Below, in pieces: positions 20,736-28,961 of a stretch of 64,000 nucleotides of DNA. The DNA lies in contig JAZNSQ010000014.1 in assembly GCA_045591265.1 (NCBI GenBank), positions 69,386 through 133,385 on the forward strand, read 5' to 3'. A program made the translations under genes and the position numbers. This DNA is from Clostridia bacterium. Lineage in GTDB: Bacteria; Bacillota; Clostridia; UMGS1883. The notes beneath the pieces are model-generated. The model was not told the DNA's origin, made no database searches, and was given only the letters and a program-made list of their open reading frames with translations. Numbering within the stretch: position 1 is the first letter of the stretch; every line of letters starts with the position of its first letter.

Positions 20736-21739
20736 TGCTTAAGGAGTTGTGTGCTGTGGCATCCCCCTCGGGCTTTGAAGATAGCGTGCGCGAATACATC
20801 ATTAATAATTCACCTGTAAAAGAATATGAAATAGACTCTATTGGAAACCTAATCTTTCATAAAAAAGGAAATGGAATGCGCGTTATGGTCTGTGCCCATA
20901 TGGATGAAGTGGGGCTTTTGATAACGGGTATAACCGAGGACGGATTTTTAAGGTTTGACACGCTTGGCGGTATTGAAACCTCGGTTTTAAACAGTAAAAA
21001 AGTTCTTATTGGAAAAGACCGTCTTCCCGGAATTATAGGAAGCAAGGCAATCCATCTTCAAGGTGCGGAGGAAACAAAAGCGCCGACTAAATTAAAATCC
21101 CTTTATATTGATATTGGCGCTCAAAATAAAGAAGATGCCCAAAAATATGTGGAAATCGGGGACTATGCAGTATTTGACGGGGAGTTTACCTGTTTTGGCG
21201 ATAATCTTATAAAAGGCAAAGCTCTTGATGATAGAGTCGGTTGCGCCGTAATGCTTGAGCTTATGAAAAAAGAATACGAAAACGATATGTATTTTTGTTT
21301 TAGTGTGCAAGAGGAAATCGGAGTCCGCGGGTCAAGAGTTGCAGTGCAAAAAATAAGCCCTGATATCTCACTTGTCTTAGAGGGGACTACCTGCGCGGAT
21401 GTATACAGAAGTGAGCCACACACACAGGTAACAAACCTCGGCAAAGGCGCAGTAATGACATTTATGGATGCTGCAGCAATTTCTGATAAAAAATATTTTG
21501 ACTTTATATTAAATCTTGCACGCGAAAAAGGTATTCCGCTTCAGATTAAGAAAACCACGGCGGGCGGAACGGACGCAAGGAGCATTCAGCTAAACGGCGA
21601 AGGTGTTAAAACGGCTGTTTTGGCGGTGCCGTGCAGATACATTCACTCACCGATAAGCGTGTGCCACAAGGAAGATATTGAGAGTTTATATAATCTTTCT
21701 TATGCACTTCTTACGAATTTAGAAAGGAGCGGGCTTTGA
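20732..21739 (+). CDS. M42 family aminopeptidase 2
   Basis: AHMDEVG, KALDDRVG, VQEEIG, RYIH. Confidence 0.92.
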   Translation: MMLKELCAVASPSGFEDSVREYIINNSPVKEYEIDSIGNLIFHKKGNGMRVMVCAHMDEVGLLITGITEDGFLRFDTLGGIETSVLNSKKVLIGKDRLPGIIGSKAIHLQGAEETKAPTKLKSLYIDIGAQNKEDAQKYVEIGDYAVFDGEFTCFGDNLIKGKALDDRVGCAVMLELMKKEYENDMYFCFSVQEEIGVRGSRVAVQKISPDISLVLEGTTCADVYRSEPHTQVTNLGKGAVMTFMDAAAISDKKYFDFILNLAREKGIPLQIKKTTAGGTDARSIQLNGEGVKTAVLAVPCRYIHSPISVCHKEDIESLYNLSYALLTNLERSGL

Positions 21740-22734
21740 TGGAGCTTTTAAAAAAACTTACGGAGTGTGCCTCACCATCAGGAAGAGAAGACTTGGTAAG
21801 AGATATAATTAAAGAGGCGCTTTCCCCCTTTGCAGATGAGATTTACACCGATAATTTAGGAAGTCTTATCTGCCATAAAAAAGGTAGCGGGAAAAGAATA
21901 ATGCTTGCTTCTCATATGGATGAAATTGGCTTTGCGGTAACCTTTATTGATGAAAAGGGGTTTATCCGTTTTGCGCCCGTTGGAGGGCAAGCTAAAGTAA
22001 ACTGCATAAATAGGAAAGTCCGTTTCACAAACGGAGTTACAGGCACAATTTCTTATGAAAATAGGGAAGACCCCACGAAAATAGGCTTTGACAAAATGTT
22101 TATTGATATAGGCGCAAAAAACAAGGAAGAAGCAGAAAGCCTTGTTAAAATAGGCGATATGGCAGTTTTTTCGGGAGAATGTATCTTCGCCTGCGATAAA
22201 ATTATATCAAAGGCACTTGATGACCGTGCGGGGTGCTACGCGCTTATCTGCGCTTTTCGTGAGATTAAAGATTCCCCTAATGATATCTACGCGGTATTTA
22301 CCGCGCAGGAGGAGGTTGGACTTCGCGGTGCAAGAACTGCCGCAAATAAGATAAATCCTGATGTGGCAGTGGCACTTGACGTTTCAGGCGCAGGTGATAC
22401 GCCTTATTCAAACGAATATAACCTTATATTAGGTGATGGACCTGCAATTAAGTGTATGGATAAATCATTTATAATTCACCCCATAATGAGAAAGCTTCTT
22501 ACAGACTGCGCGCGCGAAATTTCTATCCCCTATCAGATGGAGGCGGCAGGCTACGGCGGAACGGATGCCGGTGCAATCCACCTTACCGGTGCGGGTGTTC
22601 CTTCCGCAACAATTTCCATTCCTACGCGCTATATTCATTCGCCCTGTGAGGTTGTTTCAAAGGACGACTTAAAAAACACCTCTCTTTTAGTAAAAAAGAT
22701 AATGGAAACGGATATAAATAAGTATCTTGACTAA
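21736..22734 (+). CDS. M42 family aminopeptidase 3
   Basis: SHMDEIG, KALDDRAG, AQEEVG, RYIH. Confidence 0.92.
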   Translation: MMELLKKLTECASPSGREDLVRDIIKEALSPFADEIYTDNLGSLICHKKGSGKRIMLASHMDEIGFAVTFIDEKGFIRFAPVGGQAKVNCINRKVRFTNGVTGTISYENREDPTKIGFDKMFIDIGAKNKEEAESLVKIGDMAVFSGECIFACDKIISKALDDRAGCYALICAFREIKDSPNDIYAVFTAQEEVGLRGARTAANKINPDVAVALDVSGAGDTPYSNEYNLILGDGPAIKCMDKSFIIHPIMRKLLTDCAREISIPYQMEAAGYGGTDAGAIHLTGAGVPSATISIPTRYIHSPCEVVSKDDLKNTSLLVKKIMETDINKYLD

Positions 22735-22809
22735 TAAGAAAAGTACAAATTCTTTTGAATTTGTACTTTTTTTCTTTTTCCTTTCATAAAATGCCTTGGG
22801 TGATATTTT

Positions 22810-23289
22810 ATGAAAAATTTAAAGTCACGTATGATTTTGGGTGCAGTTTTTGTTTCTGTATTAGGAACACTTCTTCACTTTGCCTATGAATTTTCGGGCG
22901 AAAACTACTTTGTGGGTCTTTTTACGCCCGTAAACGAATCCGTGTGGGAGCATATGAAGCTTCTTTTCTTCCCTATGCTTGTTTTTTCCTTGTTTTCAAA
23001 GGAAAAGCTTTCTCCCTCATTTATGCTTGGAATTCTCTCGGGCACATTTTTAATCCCTGTGCTTTTTTATACATATACAGGTGTTCTTGGCTTTAACATA
23101 GCAATTATCGACATACTTATTTTCTATATATCTGTTATTTTTGCTTTTTACGTTTCTTATAAAAGCTCTCAAAATAAAAGCTTTGAAAAATATAAGGGTA
23201 TGATTTTTGCCCTGATTTGCATTTTATTTGTTTTATTTATTGTGTTTACAGTTTTTCCGCCCCAGTTGCCTATTTTCATTGCTCCTTAA
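22810..23289 (+). CDS. DUF6512-like membrane protein
   Basis: GTLLHFAYEFSG...PVNESVWEHMKL; multi-TM. Confidence 0.75.
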   Translation: MKNLKSRMILGAVFVSVLGTLLHFAYEFSGENYFVGLFTPVNESVWEHMKLLFFPMLVFSLFSKEKLSPSFMLGILSGTFLIPVLFYTYTGVLGFNIAIIDILIFYISVIFAFYVSYKSSQNKSFEKYKGMIFALICILFVLFIVFTVFPPQLPIFIAP

Positions 23290-23294
23290 AGGGA

Positions 23295-23528
23295 TTAAAA
23301 ATCATGGCGACTGCCTGCATCGATTTTATATTTTTCAAATATGTATACAATTTCTTCTATTGCATCAAAATCGGAATAGTTTTTGTCCATAATTATCTTT
23401 TGTATTTCATTTAAAATTTTTATAGCAGTTGTATCAGCAATTTGAGTTGCATCAATTTCAAAATCTTCAATTTTACATTTTATAAAATCTGTTATGTAAT
23501 CTCTTAAAAGTTCAAGCTTTATGTCCAT
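23295..23528 (-). CDS. Small hypothetical protein (77 aa)
   Basis: GAGG SD then MDIKLELL...DAGSRHDF; the longer 153-aa ORF-track version runs through non-coding leader. Confidence 0.7.
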   Translation of the reverse strand: MDIKLELLRDYITDFIKCKIEDFEIDATQIADTTAIKILNEIQKIIMDKNYSDFDAIEEIVYIFEKYKIDAGSRHDF

Positions 23529-23546
23529 TTGTTTACCTCTCAAATT

Positions 23547-23707
23547 AAAAAAGTGCGCAGCCGAAGCTACGCACGAAAAATGCATAACTCCCATTGTTGC
23601 GACACAAAGTTTTCTCATAACACAAGTATTCGAAAATGGAGCATGCATTTTTACCAAAAGGTAAAAAAACACACCTGTGTTATTGAGATATATTAACTTT
23701 ATGTCGC
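23547..23707 (-). ncRNA. Candidate structured sRNA or leader (about 160 nt)
   Basis: Promoter TTGCAT-17-TGc-TATACT (23742..23714), long internal helices, terminator GTGCGTAGC-TTCG-GCTGCGCAC-T6. Confidence 0.55.
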
Positions 23708-23777
23708 AAATACAGTATAGCATATATACAAATAAAATGCAAGAAAAAACTGCCACAATGTGACAGCTTAGTTTGGT

Positions 23778-24137
23778 TTATTTATCAATATTTCGTTTGG
23801 CAGTGTTGATTGAGGAAATCAACACTCTTTTTATTTCAAGGCATTCTTTGAGCAAAGATTCTCCCTCATCATTTGTAAGTAATTCTGATTTAACAAGTAA
23901 TCTCAACCAGTATTCAGTTTCAGCAGTTTCTTTTAATGAGATATGTAATTTTGATATAAAATCAGCCTTGCTTTGCCCGTAATTGGCTTCATTAATGTTT
24001 GCACCAATACTCGTGCCACTTCTGACTATTTGTTTTGATATAATTGTTTCTTTTTTATCCTTTATTAAATACTTCTGCAATTTTATAATTCTTGCAGCAA
24101 AATCTATTGATTTATCTATTAAAATATTCTCTTTCAT
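23778..24137 (-). CDS. Four-helix-bundle protein (23S rRNA intervening-sequence protein family)
   Basis: KSIDFAARII, KQIVRSGTSIGANINEA, DFISKLHISLKETAETEYWLRLL. Confidence 0.92.
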   Translation of the reverse strand: MKENILIDKSIDFAARIIKLQKYLIKDKKETIISKQIVRSGTSIGANINEANYGQSKADFISKLHISLKETAETEYWLRLLVKSELLTNDEGESLLKECLEIKRVLISSINTAKRNIDK

Positions 24138-24175
24138 ATTCATCACCAAAAGCATTATATCATTATATGCAAAGA

Positions 24176-24290
24176 AATTCAATTATTAATTATTCATTAG
24201 CCGAAGGCGACTTCATCATTCATTATTCATTAAAAAATCCTGTCGGACTTGATGAATGATGAATATTGAATAATGAAAAATGAATAATAC
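24176..24290. repeat. Heptamer-period ATTCATT/AATGAAT repeat arrays in inverted arrangement
   Basis: cttcatc-attcatt-attcatt versus gatgaat-gatgaat-attgaat-aatgaaa-aatgaat, plus gccgaaggc hairpin. Confidence 0.7.
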
Positions 24291-24328
24291 AAAACAAAAA
24301 ATCCTATCTTTCGACAGGATTTTTGTTT

Positions 24329-24372
24329 TGGCACCCCCGACCGGAGTCGAACCGATGACTAGCCCTTAGGAG
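24329..24372 (-). pseudogene. 3' half of tRNA-Arg(CCT); att core of the ICE
   Basis: Minus strand CTCCTAA-GGGCT-AGTC-ATCGG-TTCGACT-CCGGT-CGGGGGTG-CCA; no D-arm or 5' acceptor strand upstream; followed by terminator AAAAATCCTGTC-GAAA-GATAGGATTTTT. Confidence 0.85.
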
Positions 24373-24677
24373 CAAATTGTACCATATTTTCCGTAAGGTT
24401 GTACCGTGTTCGATAAATCCGTGAAATCCGCATAACTACGGGATTTACAGGCGTACCTATTGTTATTTCGTATTATACAATATCGTCTAATTATGTGTGG
24501 TTTTAAGTGCTTCAATTAGCAAGCTATTAGCAAACTCACACAATCATTTTTCAACGATGTACCTATTTTAGCATAAAAAAATTTTGAAGTAAATAGAAAA
24601 ATGGAAATTTGTGGAACATTACTATAACTTTTTGTTTGGTAATGTTCTTTTTATATATATAAATAGAAAAAACGGAG

Positions 24678-25694
24678 GTGAAAACAATGTCAATCGTATT
24701 TGATTACTACTATGGTAGTGAGGCAGAGCAATTTACATTTTACAGAATACCAAAATTGCTTATGACCTCGCCGGAATTTAAGCGTGTGTCTGATAGTGCA
24801 AAATTGTTGTATGGTCTAATGCTTGACCGAATGAGCCTATCCATTAAAAACGGTTGGCTTGATGAACAGCAACGAGCATATATCTACTTCACAACAAATG
24901 ATGTTATAGAACAGATGTGTTGTGGTACAGAAAAGGCTACAAAGCTAATGGCAGAGCTTGACAGCGAAAAAGGTATTGGTCTTATAGAACGAAAAAAACA
25001 AGGGCAAGGCAAACCTACGATTATCTATCTCAAAAACTTTATTATTAACAATACTGAGCATCGAAATTCAAGACTTTCGGAAATCGAAAGTCAAGACTTC
25101 GGGAAATCGAAAGTCAAGACTTTTGATAATCAAAATTCAAGAGTTTCGGAAATCGAAAATGCAGACTTTCGACAATCGAAATGTAGTGATAATAATATAA
25201 GTGATAATAAAGAGAATGAAACTGATTTTAATAAGACTATCCTATCATATCCTATCAAAAATGATAATAGTGTGTGTTCGTCTGCTCCAACACAACCACC
25301 CGATATGATACGATGGATTGAAGAAAGAAATACTTATGAACAGCTAATAAAAAGAAATATTGAGTATGACATAATCGTTAAGGAGTACACGGCAGAATGG
25401 CTTGACGAGATTGTGGAGCTGATGGTTGATGTTGTTTGTAGCAAAGAGCCTTATATCCGTATCAACAAACAAGACTATCCACAGGAAATTGTTAAAAGCA
25501 GATTTTTGAAGATTGACAGTTCACACATTGAATATATCAATTTTGCATTAAAAGAAAACACCTCAAATGTCCGTAATATACGGGCATTTTTAATTACCAC
25601 AATATATCGTTCCTTTGAAACCGCTGATAATTGGTACTCCGCAAAAGTAAAACACGATATGGCACACCCTAAAAAGAATTGGAGCGATAGTTGA
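24678..25694 (+). CDS. repA: Replication initiator RepA_N with DUF6017-like C-terminus
   Basis: FYRIPKLL, AKLLYGLMLDRMSLSIKNGWLDE, YIYFT, QGQGKPTIIY; C-terminal SRFLKIDSSHIEY. Confidence 0.88.
   Translation: MKTMSIVFDYYYGSEAEQFTFYRIPKLLMTSPEFKRVSDSAKLLYGLMLDRMSLSIKNGWLDEQQRAYIYFTTNDVIEQMCCGTEKATKLMAELDSEKGIGLIERKKQGQGKPTIIYLKNFIINNTEHRNSRLSEIESQDFGKSKVKTFDNQNSRVSEIENADFRQSKCSDNNISDNKENETDFNKTILSYPIKNDNSVCSSAPTQPPDMIRWIEERNTYEQLIKRNIEYDIIVKEYTAEWLDEIVELMVDVVCSKEPYIRINKQDYPQEIVKSRFLKIDSSHIEYINFALKENTSNVRNIRAFLITTIYRSFETADNWYSAKVKHDMAHPKKNWSDS
25068..25182 (+). repeat. Five 23-bp iteron-like direct repeats inside repA
   Basis: tcaagactttcggaaatcgaaag-like units at 25068, 25091, 25114, 25137, 25160. 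Confidence 0.85.
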
Positions 25695-25879
25695 TGTATG
25701 AAGAAAATTACGAGAAATTAGCAAATGCGATAATATTGCAAGCGGTGTACGATTTCAGAAAAAGCGGTTGTTATCAAACAAGAAATTCCATAAAGCGTTT
25801 CTTCCGTTCAGATTGGTTTAAGGTGTTGACGAATGTTGACGGCGAAATGCTAATAAAGCGATTGGAACAAGAAAGGTAG
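25691..25879 (+). CDS. Small hypothetical protein
   Basis: YEKLANAIILQAVYDFR...FFRSDWF; overlaps repA stop; ends EQER. Confidence 0.75.
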   Translation: MMYEENYEKLANAIILQAVYDFRKSGCYQTRNSIKRFFRSDWFKVLTNVDGEMLIKRLEQER

Positions 25880-25887
25880 GTAAAAAA

Positions 25888-26706
25888 ATGAGTAAAGTAA
25901 TAGCAATAGCAAATCAAAAAGGCGGTGTTGGTAAAACTACAACAACCGTCAATTTAGGTGTTGGTCTTGCTAACGAGGGTAAGAAAGTTTTGCTTGTGGA
26001 TTGTGATGCACAGGGCAGTTTGACAGAGAGTTTGGGTTATCAAAATCCCGATAAGTTAGACATAACGCTATCTACCCTAATGGAAAAGGTAATGAAAAAA
26101 ATACCTATTGAACAGGACGAGGGCATTTTACATCACAAAGAAGGTGTTGATATAGTTCCGGCAAACATTGAATTGTCGGGATTGGAAACAGCACTTGTAA
26201 ATATTGATGAAAGATATAATGTCCTAAAAAACTACATTGACAGCGTAAAAGATAATTATGATTATGTGCTTATTGATTGCACCCCATCTCTCGGTATGCT
26301 GACAGTAAATTCTTTAACTGCTGCTGATGAAGTTATTATCCCTGTTCAAGCTCACTATCTGTCGTTAAAAGGCTTGGAGCAGCTTGTGGCAACAGTAAAC
26401 AGAACAAAGCGACAGCTTAACCCTAACTTGAAATACGGTGGCATACTTCTAACAATGGTTGACCGCAGAACAAATTACTCTAAATCTGTATCTTCTGTTG
26501 TAAGGCTTAATTATGCTAAGTATTTGAAGATTTACAAGACAGAAATTCCCTTATCGGTAAAAGCTGCTGAAACATCTGCTGTTGGTAAGAGCATATTTGA
26601 ATACGACAAAAAAGGCATAGCAGCAGATGCGTATAGAAATCTGACAAAGGAGGTGCTTGAAGATGGCAAACAACGGAATAAACATAAGTCGGAGTACACT
26701 CGATGA
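25888..26706 (+). CDS. parA: ParA/Soj partition ATPase
   Basis: ANQKGGVGKTTT, DCDAQGSLT, IDCTPSLG. Confidence 0.95.
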   Translation: MSKVIAIANQKGGVGKTTTTVNLGVGLANEGKKVLLVDCDAQGSLTESLGYQNPDKLDITLSTLMEKVMKKIPIEQDEGILHHKEGVDIVPANIELSGLETALVNIDERYNVLKNYIDSVKDNYDYVLIDCTPSLGMLTVNSLTAADEVIIPVQAHYLSLKGLEQLVATVNRTKRQLNPNLKYGGILLTMVDRRTNYSKSVSSVVRLNYAKYLKIYKTEIPLSVKAAETSAVGKSIFEYDKKGIAADAYRNLTKEVLEDGKQRNKHKSEYTR

Positions 26707-27589
26707 GTTATTCAAAACAGATGCAGGACGAAAAACAGAGGAAATCGTACCTTTGAAAATATCAGAGTTAAAACCATACGAACAGCAACCCTTTAAGGTA
26801 TTGCTTGATGAAAGTATGGACGAACTTGTAGAAAGCATAAAAGAAAGCGGTGTGTTATCCCCTGTTGTAGTAAGACCGCATAAAGACGGCGGTTATGAAA
26901 TACTTTCGGGACATAGACGAGTTAAGGCTTGTGAAATTGCAGGAATTGACGAAGTGCCTGTTGTAGTAAAAAATCTTGATGATGATACAGCTACAATTCT
27001 TCTTGTTGACAGTAATCTTCAGCGTGAACACATACTACCGAGTGAAAAGGCTTTTGCCTATCAAATGAAGCTTGAAGCTATGAAAAGAAAGGCAGGCAGA
27101 CCTACACAAGAAAATTCAGAACAAATTGGTCTGAATTTTAACGGCAAGCAATCGGGCGATATTTTAGCAGAGCAAGTTGGAGAAAGTCGTATCCAAATTC
27201 AGAGATATATTCGATTGACAAACCTTATTGACCCAATACTTGAAAAGGTTGATTCTAATGATATAGCGATGAACGCTGCTGTCGAATTATCATATCTAAG
27301 TGCTAAACAGCAGGTAGAAGTTTTACAAACTATGGAGAGCGAAGAAACTTCACCCTCTATCGAACAGGCTAAAAAAATACGCAGATTTTGTGATGAGGGC
27401 AATTTAACACCCGAATCCATATTGGCAATTATGCAGGAGCAAAAACCCGAAAAAATAAAGATAACCTTTGAAGAAGATAAAATCAGAAAGTATTTTCCAA
27501 AGGGATACACAAAACAGCAGATTGAGGACACAATTTTCAAACTGCTTGAAAATATGTATAAGAAAAAACAAAGAGAAATGGAGCGATAA
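26663..27589 (+). CDS. parB: ParB partition protein
   Basis: GVLSPVVVR, YEILSGHRRVKA, DSNLQRE; HTH; SD GGAGG. Confidence 0.93.
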   Translation: MANNGINISRSTLDELFKTDAGRKTEEIVPLKISELKPYEQQPFKVLLDESMDELVESIKESGVLSPVVVRPHKDGGYEILSGHRRVKACEIAGIDEVPVVVKNLDDDTATILLVDSNLQREHILPSEKAFAYQMKLEAMKRKAGRPTQENSEQIGLNFNGKQSGDILAEQVGESRIQIQRYIRLTNLIDPILEKVDSNDIAMNAAVELSYLSAKQQVEVLQTMESEETSPSIEQAKKIRRFCDEGNLTPESILAIMQEQKPEKIKITFEEDKIRKYFPKGYTKQQIEDTIFKLLENMYKKKQREMER

Positions 27590-27592
27590 AAT

Positions 27593-27727
27593 ATGACTTG
27601 GCTATGGATTATATTGGCTTTTATTGCCGGAGGTATTTTCGGTGTCGTAATGATGTGCTGCTTTATTGTAGCCGGACAGGAGGACGAAAGACTTGAAAAA
27701 CTTAATACAGATAATGCCGACATCTAA
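27593..27727 (+). CDS. DUF3789-like small membrane protein (44 aa)
   Basis: Hand translation MTWLWIILAFIAGGIFGVVMMCCFIVAGQEDERLEKLNTDNADI. Confidence 0.7.
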   Translation: MTWLWIILAFIAGGIFGVVMMCCFIVAGQEDERLEKLNTDNADI

Positions 27728-27765
27728 TAAAAAGAGTGTCGGCTTTTTTTATGGAGGTAAACACT

Positions 27766-28023
27766 ATGGATTGGAGATTACACGCAGGATATATAATAAC
27801 AAATCAAATTACAATCGGAAAAACCGAATTTGTACTCGGCGTACATTTAACCGTACCTAATCAATACGCAACTTGGGAATGTGCCGACAGACAAACATAT
27901 ACTGATGAGCGTTTATTCAATGACTTGCTTTTAGCTGAAAAGGACTTTTGTAAACGAGGATATGAAAAAGCTCTTTTTTACGAAAGATACAGAAAGCCAA
28001 AAGAGAAAGAGCCGGAGAGGTGA
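27766..28023 (+). CDS. Hypothetical protein, KEPER tail
   Basis: SD GGAGG; MDWRLHAGYIIT...YATWEC. Confidence 0.8.
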   Translation: MDWRLHAGYIITNQITIGKTEFVLGVHLTVPNQYATWECADRQTYTDERLFNDLLLAEKDFCKRGYEKALFYERYRKPKEKEPER

Positions 28024-28027
28024 TGTT

Positions 28028-28558
28028 ATGCGTTCAATGAAAAAAGAAAAAAATGTTACCTTGTTTTATGAGAAGAACGAAAACAGAGAAGATGTTTACG
28101 GTTTTGAAGAATTTTTTGATATTGTGAAAACTCATAGAGATAAAATCAAGCCGTTATACTTTGAGGAATTTAACACAATTCAGTATGTTATTGTTTCAAA
28201 ACAATCCATAAGAAAAAACATTAACCTGTTTCCCCAAAAATGTAACGAAATTACAAGCAGAATTGTTGAGGACAGATGTTTTCATTGTTCGGGTTGTGGG
28301 TGTCATTATCTGATGTATATGGCATCAACATACAGAGATGTTGACGGCTGTGTTGGAAAAAGTAGCGAATGTTCTTTATGCAGAACTTTATCAACACCAT
28401 ATCGTAACGAGATACGAGAATATTCTCAAAAACACGGAACATTAAATACCTTGATGAAGTTACTTAACGAAGGCGAAATCCCTGCAAAGAATGTAACTAT
28501 ATGGGGTACTGAGGTTGATAAACAAAGCAAAAAGAAAAAGAAAGAGCCGGAGAGGTGA
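28028..28558 (+). CDS. Cys-rich hypothetical protein, KEPER tail
   Basis: SD in preceding repeat; CFHCSGCGC...CSLC. Confidence 0.75.
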   Translation: MRSMKKEKNVTLFYEKNENREDVYGFEEFFDIVKTHRDKIKPLYFEEFNTIQYVIVSKQSIRKNINLFPQKCNEITSRIVEDRCFHCSGCGCHYLMYMASTYRDVDGCVGKSSECSLCRTLSTPYRNEIREYSQKHGTLNTLMKLLNEGEIPAKNVTIWGTEVDKQSKKKKKEPER

Positions 28559-28562
28559 TGTT

Positions 28563-28763
28563 ATGCCAAACACAAAACAACCCGATATGAGATTTAATGA
28601 AAGTGGCTGTAAAGACCTAACGGCATACGAAGCGTTGAAGAATGTTCAGCGTGAAGAAAGACGGCAGCTTATATCGGAGCTGAAAGAGCTTGCATATAAG
28701 CACGGTTATAAAATTGTCAGCACTATCGAATTAAAAGAGATTGAGAGTGATTTTAATGACTAA
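28563..28763 (+). CDS. Hypothetical protein (66 aa)
   Basis: MPNTKQPDMRFNESGCKDLTAYEALKNV; SD present. Confidence 0.7.
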   Translation: MPNTKQPDMRFNESGCKDLTAYEALKNVQREERRQLISELKELAYKHGYKIVSTIELKEIESDFND

Positions 28764-28950
28764 GAGAGATTGTTTTGCTTATAACAAAAATTCCTCTTTG
28801 TGTCGCATACTTAAAAAAAGATATTGTGATAATGAAGAATGTGGATTTTATAAATCCAAAAAGCAGTTTAGCGAGGATATGAAGAAATATCCACCCTATG
28901 ACTATAAGCATTACACCGCAACAGGACAAAAAAGAGATTGTAATATGTGA
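28756..28950 (+). CDS. Small Cys-rich hypothetical protein
   Basis: DCFAY...CRILKKRYCDNEECGFYK. Confidence 0.7.
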   Translation: MTKRDCFAYNKNSSLCRILKKRYCDNEECGFYKSKKQFSEDMKKYPPYDYKHYTATGQKRDCNM

Positions 28951-28961
28951 GGTATAAAACT

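Noticed and set aside
23529-23756. Upstream half of the 153-aa minus-strand ORF
   Set aside because: Spans a promoter, structured RNA and terminator; the SD precedes only the Met at 23528
24329-24400. Intact tRNA gene
   Set aside because: D-arm and 5' acceptor strand are missing; only the 3' 44 nt match
25068-25182. CRISPR-like array
   Set aside because: Contiguous 23-bp units without spacers inside repA and no cas genes; these are iterons. No CRISPR array was seen anywhere in the window
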